A stretch of DNA of 64,000 nucleotides from Psammoneis japonica (Eukaryota), in contig QPGO01000134.1 of the NCBI GenBank assembly GCA_008632985.1, positions 62,001 through 126,000 on the forward strand, in the 5' to 3' direction. Made by a program: the position numbers and the translations under genes. This document shows positions 57,850 to 64,000 of the stretch, piece after piece. The notes below the pieces were generated by a model, which made no database searches, was not told the origin of the DNA, and was given only the letters and a program-made list of their open reading frames with translations. The first letter of the stretch is position 1, and every line of letters begins with the position of its first letter.

Positions 57850-57975
57850 TAGAGCCACAGGCTCCTCTCTAGCTAGAGAGTGTAGTCGAGAGGAGTAGCT
57901 AGCTAGCGGTAGTAGCCAGCTCTCTAGTAGAGATGGCTCCACTACTACCGGTAGCTGGAGGCAGCTAGCAGCCTA
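57805..57975. repeat. (AG)n microsatellite with AGCT/CTAG-rich low-complexity tail
   Basis: Visible gagagaga run followed by agctagctag repeats. Confidence 0.85.
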
Positions 57976-58099
57976 CCGGTGCCATCCACGTGCCAAACGG
58001 TCACGATATGCTAGTTGCTCTATGATAGGCCTAATAGAGTTTTCCAACCATCTTTGAGCAAGGAATGATGTTGGATGTGCTATAAAAGAACATATATTT

Positions 58100-59344
58100 T
58101 TAATTTTCTTTGCAGGTCCTCTTTCGTCTTTGACTGCATTGGAAGATCAGTGTGATTAGCCCAATTTGAAATGTCAACAGCATCCACCAAAGAGTAGCTA
58201 GATTTTCCTCAGCCGCATCTGTAGCGGCAAGGTAGTTCATTGCTTGAGGGAGAGACAGTGGCTCGTTTGCTGGTAGCTGCCCACTTTCTTGATACAAAGA
58301 TAGTCTGTAGAGGAACTCGTACATGTGCTCTTGGTTTCGTTCCATCGAAAGATGTGTCTGATAAAACTCGTGACCTTTACTTGCAATCTGCTTGACTTGG
58401 AGAGGATTATCTCGGACCCACACCATGACTGTTTCGAGATCACGCAGATCCTCGGCGAGTGGAATGTAATGTACGTAGGGTTCCATCATGTTTGTAAACC
58501 ACTCCTTGTACTTGTAGTCTTGCAGCACGATTGCGGTTCCTGTAGACAAGTGAATCGAAGTTCGAAAGGCGGCTCCTTTCCCTCCTAGAACCAGAGCTAC
58601 TTGGTACTGACTAAAGTACTCATCTGGAGGAATGGGCTGGATTGGTAAAAAACGATCCAAGCCATTCGTGGCACTGTTGGCCCAGATCTCGTCATTCAAT
58701 GTCAAGTCCGAGCCAATACGAGCATCCAACAACGATGGGTGCTGTATGGACCAATCCACAGCCTTTAACCGATATGGAGGAGATGATAGTGCACGGTAAA
58801 CTGTACTCTTGGAGGCGTCATGCTCTTTGTCATCAAAGATCCACGCGGTACCACGCCAAACTGGTACTCTACTCCGGCTCTCCCAGGGAGTCATTTCGTA
58901 CGTTTCATTGTAGCGGTAGCGCTGAAGCTCCATTATGTTGGGGATGCAAAAGTTTCCTTCTGGAGCGGAGCTTCGCAAACGTGAAAAGTCGACATCTTCG
59001 TCCATGTCTTTTTTCGAAAACACCAGAGATACGTTGTACGGCAAGACGTTGCCGGTTTTCGAAAAGAAACCTTCGAGAAAATAGCACCACTCCTCTCGAG
59101 CAAGAAAGGACCAATACGCGGCAAAGTCCTTTTCATCTTGGGGAACTGGCAACTTCTCTTGTTGACACTCGATAATACGTGGTACCGAATGCGGGGTTGC
59201 TACTTGGAAATGGAGCACGTCGTCGTGCTTGACGTTGTTCCACTCGTCTAAGTCAATCTGCTGAAGCAGTTTGACAACATGAGGGGTAAAAGCTGTGTTC
59301 GGGAATGAAGTCGGCTCACTCATGGTGGTAAATGTTGTTGGCAT
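58100..59344 (-). CDS. Glycosyltransferase family 90 (CAP10-domain) protein with C-terminal TM
   Basis: 'PWESR..VPVWRG', 'YKEWFTNMMEPYVHYIPL..DLRDL....WVRDN..QVKQIASKG'. Confidence 0.8.
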   Translation of the reverse strand: MPTTFTTMSEPTSFPNTAFTPHVVKLLQQIDLDEWNNVKHDDVLHFQVATPHSVPRIIECQQEKLPVPQDEKDFAAYWSFLAREEWCYFLEGFFSKTGNVLPYNVSLVFSKKDMDEDVDFSRLRSSAPEGNFCIPNIMELQRYRYNETYEMTPWESRSRVPVWRGTAWIFDDKEHDASKSTVYRALSSPPYRLKAVDWSIQHPSLLDARIGSDLTLNDEIWANSATNGLDRFLPIQPIPPDEYFSQYQVALVLGGKGAAFRTSIHLSTGTAIVLQDYKYKEWFTNMMEPYVHYIPLAEDLRDLETVMVWVRDNPLQVKQIASKGHEFYQTHLSMERNQEHMYEFLYRLSLYQESGQLPANEPLSLPQAMNYLAATDAAEENLATLWWMLLTFQIGLITLIFQCSQRRKRTCKEN

Positions 59345-61298
59345 AGTTTTTTCGGTAAGAAGGATCAAATCCAAAAATGGAGGGTGCGTTGAAGCGTTGG
59401 ATCGAGACGTTGATGCGTTGGGGACAGAAAGTTGTCTCAATGTATTTTAAAATGTATTCATGTCTATATAATAAAGACTCATTTCGAAATTTGAATTCGA
59501 TGATTCAAGAGAGTGTTAGATCGTTTGTGGAAAACAAAAATTGCAACACGACTCTTTCTCGTTTGTCGAGCTTGCGACAAAGGAAAATAAAAGAGTAAAG
59601 TAATGTAAAGAATACGCTTCTAGTCACAACTACTTTACAATGTCAATTTGGTGCTCAGATTCGAATCTTTCCTCCTTTCTTCTGTAAGCTGATCCGACAG
59701 TCTCGCGCTCTTCTGCAGTGCTTCGAAAGACAAAACTCTTTTCCCACTGTTCCCAAATTCTATCGGTCACTTTAACATTCTCTTACTTTTGTCTTCCCTT
59801 TTGTTTCTTTGTTCCGCCAACAACACAAAAATTTTGCAGCAGCTGTCCCACGTGGAGTTATTCCACCGTTTGTTTCGCAGTGATTATTGTAGCATCACTT
59901 TGGAAATTGAAGAAAAGCTACTACTGAAGGCAACTTAAAAACAAAGCATGTGAGCCAAGGACCAAGGAATGGTATGCTATAGAAAACTGAAGAACATGAC
60001 TAAAGCTCGTCCACATATTTACGTGGCGTCGGTGCACCATAATTCATGAAATGAGTCGGTGTAAACTAGTGACGAGACCTTCACATATCGCATGTCATGC
60101 GCTATAGACCAGTTGTCCTCCACAATGCTTTGTCCATTTATCATCAAAAATGTAGAGATTACTATCCAAGGTTCTGTGCTAGTGATTGGGTTCGCTGGAC
60201 TTTACCGCATTGCTGAACGCTGTCAGAGTAATGAACAAGGTCTACGTAAGAGCAGGTGAGAAAGAGCCGGATTTCGTTCTATTTTACTGGCATGGCTCGC
60301 GTGAGTAGACTACAGAAGATATTATACGTCAGAGCCGTTTTCTCTAGCAGTGCAATTCGATATTTCTTCTGGTTCTGCCGTAGTCACTTTCAAAAGTTCA
60401 TTCAACGTCACTGAGTCCTATCACTCACTTCTAATACTGCCGCATTTATGCTTAGGCAGACTCGTCATAAGAAGAAAGTTGTGTGTGTCTCTACTGAGGC
60501 CGATGTGTTACTTCCAACTCGGACGATATGCTTGAGAGTTTGTCGCCTTGACTATCGTAGAATCCCCATGATTCTTCTGTCCCTGGACCGACTGGGTTCA
60601 CACAATCTTGAGAGCCGTTAGTTGAGTGTTGATCTTGATTGAGTTCCACAAGGCATTCGACAGTCTCGTGTTTTCTTATCAGTTTGATGAGAGGAGAGCT
60701 AGTCTCTTTCTCTGCATCATTCTCATTTGACGTTTCTCCCTCCGACTCCACCTCGTCTGGGGACTCGGGAATAGCATAAAGGCATTGGCTCGTAATACAA
60801 AACTTTCCTACTTCACAAGATTCTCGCAAGTTTTGCAGAAACTGCACTGCCTTCTTGTAGTCGTTGCTGATCCGGGACTCGGGTTCCATGGTTCCTGACT
60901 GATTTCACTTCGCACGATGCGACGAATCCGGTATTTTGATGTGGCACCGGCGGTGTGTTGGAATCGTCCCTTTCACAAAGCGTACAGCTCTGCGACTTTG
61001 CATCGATTCTCGGCTGGTTTGCAAAGTATTGGCACCCACATCAAATGACCCCTCTAATCGCGGAACGAACACAATAAGCGTTGCAATCCCACTCAGCATG
61101 TCAAAACATGACGTGCTGCCATCATGAGTCCCGGGTGGCGGCAAATTTTGCTTTCCGTGGTGTCAACTGTGCATGCGCGATTCATTCGCGCGCTGATCAG
61201 AACCCCGTGTCATGTCAGTCGTGTCAAGCGGACTATGCGAACCCCGAGAGATGTGTCTTCTGTCTCTTTTTCCATTTCCTCTTTGAGCAATAGCAATC

Positions 61299-63466
61299 AT
61301 GATATCAACAGAAGCATTGTTTCCCTGGGCAAATTGGCCTCTCGCAGCCTATCTTCCGGTCCTCGCACTGGGTGGCTTACTTGTATTCGTGTTTTATGTT
61401 ACCCGTTGGCCCAAACCACGTCCCATTACAATTCGACGAGCAAGTGTTTTTCGTCCCGAGCTCGTCCCGAAGAAGCTTGATACAATTGTTATTGGGTCTG
61501 GCTCAGGTGCGTCTACATGTGCAAATCTACTTGCACAATCTGGTCAGAAGGTTTTGATCCTCGAGCAGCATTCCATTACTGGTGGCTGTACCCATTCGTT
61601 CCGAGAACAAGGATGCGAATGGGATACTGGTCTGGTAGGTCCCCATGTCAAAGAAACCTCTGCATGTTGCCTTAGCCATCATCTTATTTTCTTGTTGTTT
61701 CAGCACTACACGTCCATAGCAATGAGTCAGAAAACAGCAAGACCCGGCGCGATCATGGACTTCATGTCAAGAGGAAGGCAACACTGGACGCCGTTACCTG
61801 CTAACGAGCCCTACGATGAGATAGTGTTTCCGAAAGACCCATACGTTCGCCCTGGAGCTCCAAACTTGTCGTCTTATCCATTCTACAACGGGAAGGACAG
61901 GATGTTGGACTCAATTCTTGACAACATTGATCCTCGGGACAAAGAGCTAAAAGATAGAGCCAACACATACATGGATATTTGTGAAGACATCCACCAAGGG
62001 TTTGTGGCTCTGGGCATCTCACGGTTGCTGCCTTCTTGGTTACAGTTCTTGGTAAAGTCCAAAGTCGACAGGTAAGGGAGAAGTTTGCAAAGAATCTCAT
62101 TTGCAATCGTTGAAGTTCGTTGCTTACCCCTGCCACGCTCACCTTCAACAACAACAAAAAAAGACTCATGAAGTACGCATCCATGACGGTGCGAGATGTT
62201 CAATATGCAGTATTGAAACTTGGCCTTTCCCAGCAAGACATTCTGAACAGCTGCCCGAAAGCTCCCTCTGGAACCGAAGACGACCCTGCCGTGCGGCGGC
62301 TGCAGGCCGTTCTTACCCATCCCATTGGCGACTATGCAGTGCAGCCCAAAGAAGCAACAATGGGCGCCCATGGAGTAACCATGCAGCATTACATTGATGG
62401 TGGATCATACACAGTCGGGGCAACGCAGAACATTTCGGTCCGCCTCACGAGTGTTGTTCGATCGTTTGGCGGAGATGTGCTGGTGGATTCAACTGTCCGA
62501 GGTATCATTGTCGAGAACGGACGTGCTGTGGGAGTGCGTGTCAGTAATACATCTGCACTTAGCGAATGTCACACGGATGAGGAGAGGGCCAGGGTCCCAG
62601 TCACTGAGCTCCGTGCCAAGAACATAGTTTGCGGCACTTCCGTCTACAACCTGTACAACAAGTTTCTCCCCAAGGACCTGCCGGTCGTTCAGCGGTTCCA
62701 GGACCCTACCCAGCGAAGCGTGCGGCAAAGCAATGGCCACGTTTTTCTTTTCTGCAAGATTAAAGGAGATCCAGACGAACTGCGGCTTCCTCATCACAAC
62801 CTTTGGTACTTCAATGGGTACGACATGGACAAAGCTTTTGATGAATACTTTGCAAATCCAACAGATGTCCGGCCACCGACGGCGTACATTGGCTTTCCTT
62901 GCACCAAGGACACAACTTGGAAGAAGCGATTTCATGGAGTTTCCAACTGCATCCTCATCTCGGATGGTCTGTATGAATGGTTTGAAAAGTGGGCTGACAA
63001 GCCTGTACGTCATCGTGGAGACGACTACATGGCGTTCAAGGAAAAGTTAACCAAGCACCTTCTCGATATCCTCTACGAGTTTGTTCCGCAAGTAAAAGGC
63101 AAGGTGGAGTTTCATCACTTAGGGACTCCCCTATCCGAAGTTACCTATCTTGCATCCTTTCGCGGTGGCTCCTACGGTACCAAGTGCACTCCGGAAATGT
63201 TCGCTCCCATCAACAGAAACTGGACGACTACACCCCACACAGAAATCCCAGGGCTTTACGTTGCCGGGTCTGACGCCTTTCTTCCTTCTGTGGTAGGGGC
63301 AATGTATGGCGGATGTCTGGGTGCATGCGCAGTCTTGGGGCATCTTGGATCCATCCGTTTGGGTCACGCTATCCTTGGCCACCTAGCAACGAACCTTCAG
63401 GAGGAGAACCCAAAGCTTTCGCGTATTCAAGCCTATCGCGAGGCGATCAATAAGTTTATGAGTTAG
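61299..63466 (+). CDS. All-trans-retinol 13,14-reductase / phytoene-dehydrogenase-like FAD oxidoreductase; introns 61635-61703, 62072-62163
   Basis: N-terminal TM; 'DTIVIGSG..GA...LEQH..GGCTHSF...WDTGL|HY'; 'GTPLS', 'TEIPGLYVAGSD'. Confidence 0.85.
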
Positions 63467-63689
63467 ACGTTGCACAAGGACGCGTTTGAATCAGGAATGC
63501 TGCATATATATTTCTATTCCATTTCCATTATTTAGAGACATAAACAGTATCAGTATGTTGTACGTGCTCATACCTGTTCTATTCAGTAGGTTTGGTCATT
63601 GCTCTGCTGCTGGGATCATCGAAGAGGAGCACTCTCTACTAGAGCAAGCGTTTCCTGTGCATCGGAACGTTCACGCACCACGCCATCTT

Positions 63690-64000
63690 CTAATCTTCAG
63701 CTTCGTCAGTGCCTGTTGACGAAACGGAAGTTTGGTCGGTTACAGAATCGGATGAAGCTTTCTCGTTCTTTTCTGCCTTCTGTTTCTTGTTCTTGTACGC
63801 TTTTCTGTAAAAATGCGTAAACAAAATAACCATACTCGACATTTCCAAAAACTGAATAGTCCAGGCCGTGTAATGATTCCACTGCGCTTTGCCCACCAAC
63901 TTGTACATGCTCACGCCCGTGTAGGCAATGACGGACATGAACTGAGCCAGTTGCGCTTGTGTCAGGTATCGTTTCCAAGGACAAGATATTTTGAGCAAGC
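63690..64000 (-). CDS. ELO/GNS1-SUR4 fatty-acid elongase, 3' end only
   Basis: 'CPWKRYLTQAQLAQF', 'LFTHFYRKAY', Lys-rich tail; truncated by the window edge. Confidence 0.85.
   Translation of the reverse strand, partial: LLKISCPWKRYLTQAQLAQFMSVIAYTGVSMYKLVGKAQWNHYTAWTIQFLEMSSMVILFTHFYRKAYKNKKQKAEKNEKASSDSVTDQTSVSSTGTDEAED

Noticed and set aside
60491..60889. 132-aa acidic ORF
   Set aside because: Possibly a real small gene or exon, but no motif or splice evidence supports a call.
12929..64000. Lipid biosynthetic gene cluster (KAS III, b5-oxidoreductase, CRAL-TRIO, RetSat-like, elongase)
   Set aside because: The genes are spread over 50 kb among unrelated housekeeping genes, with no evidence of co-regulation.

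Overview
Eukaryotic nuclear DNA that looks like a pennate diatom, based on short GT-AG introns, bipartite-type plastid presequences, a CoDi-like Copia element and diatom-type gene families; the taxon is an inference. Positions 1-1.3 kb, 3.2-4.7 kb and 26-64 kb are ordinary gene-dense DNA, including a tandem ABCG pair, an mRNA capping enzyme, RlmJ, a HemC-like protein and a non-autonomous PIF/Harbinger element. About 1.6-3.0, 4.9-11.2, 11.8-12.3 and 14.2-25.7 kb are decayed repeat/pseudogene DNA. They hold a Copia relic with two non-autonomous LTR elements, a MITE and an ELWxxDGT-repeat pseudogene, around an intact intronless KAS III-like gene. The most striking signal is that the decayed DNA has lost both CpG and TpA, each converted to TpG/CpA. 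The direction TpA->TpG/CpA can be polarised from four LTR copies and from Tyr->His/Cys changes. It depends on flanking bases and also affects a host-type gene at 47.4-48.8 kb. This suggests a repeat-targeted A:T->G:C hypermutation process that I cannot match to a described system. All calls come from reading motifs by eye; no searches were run.
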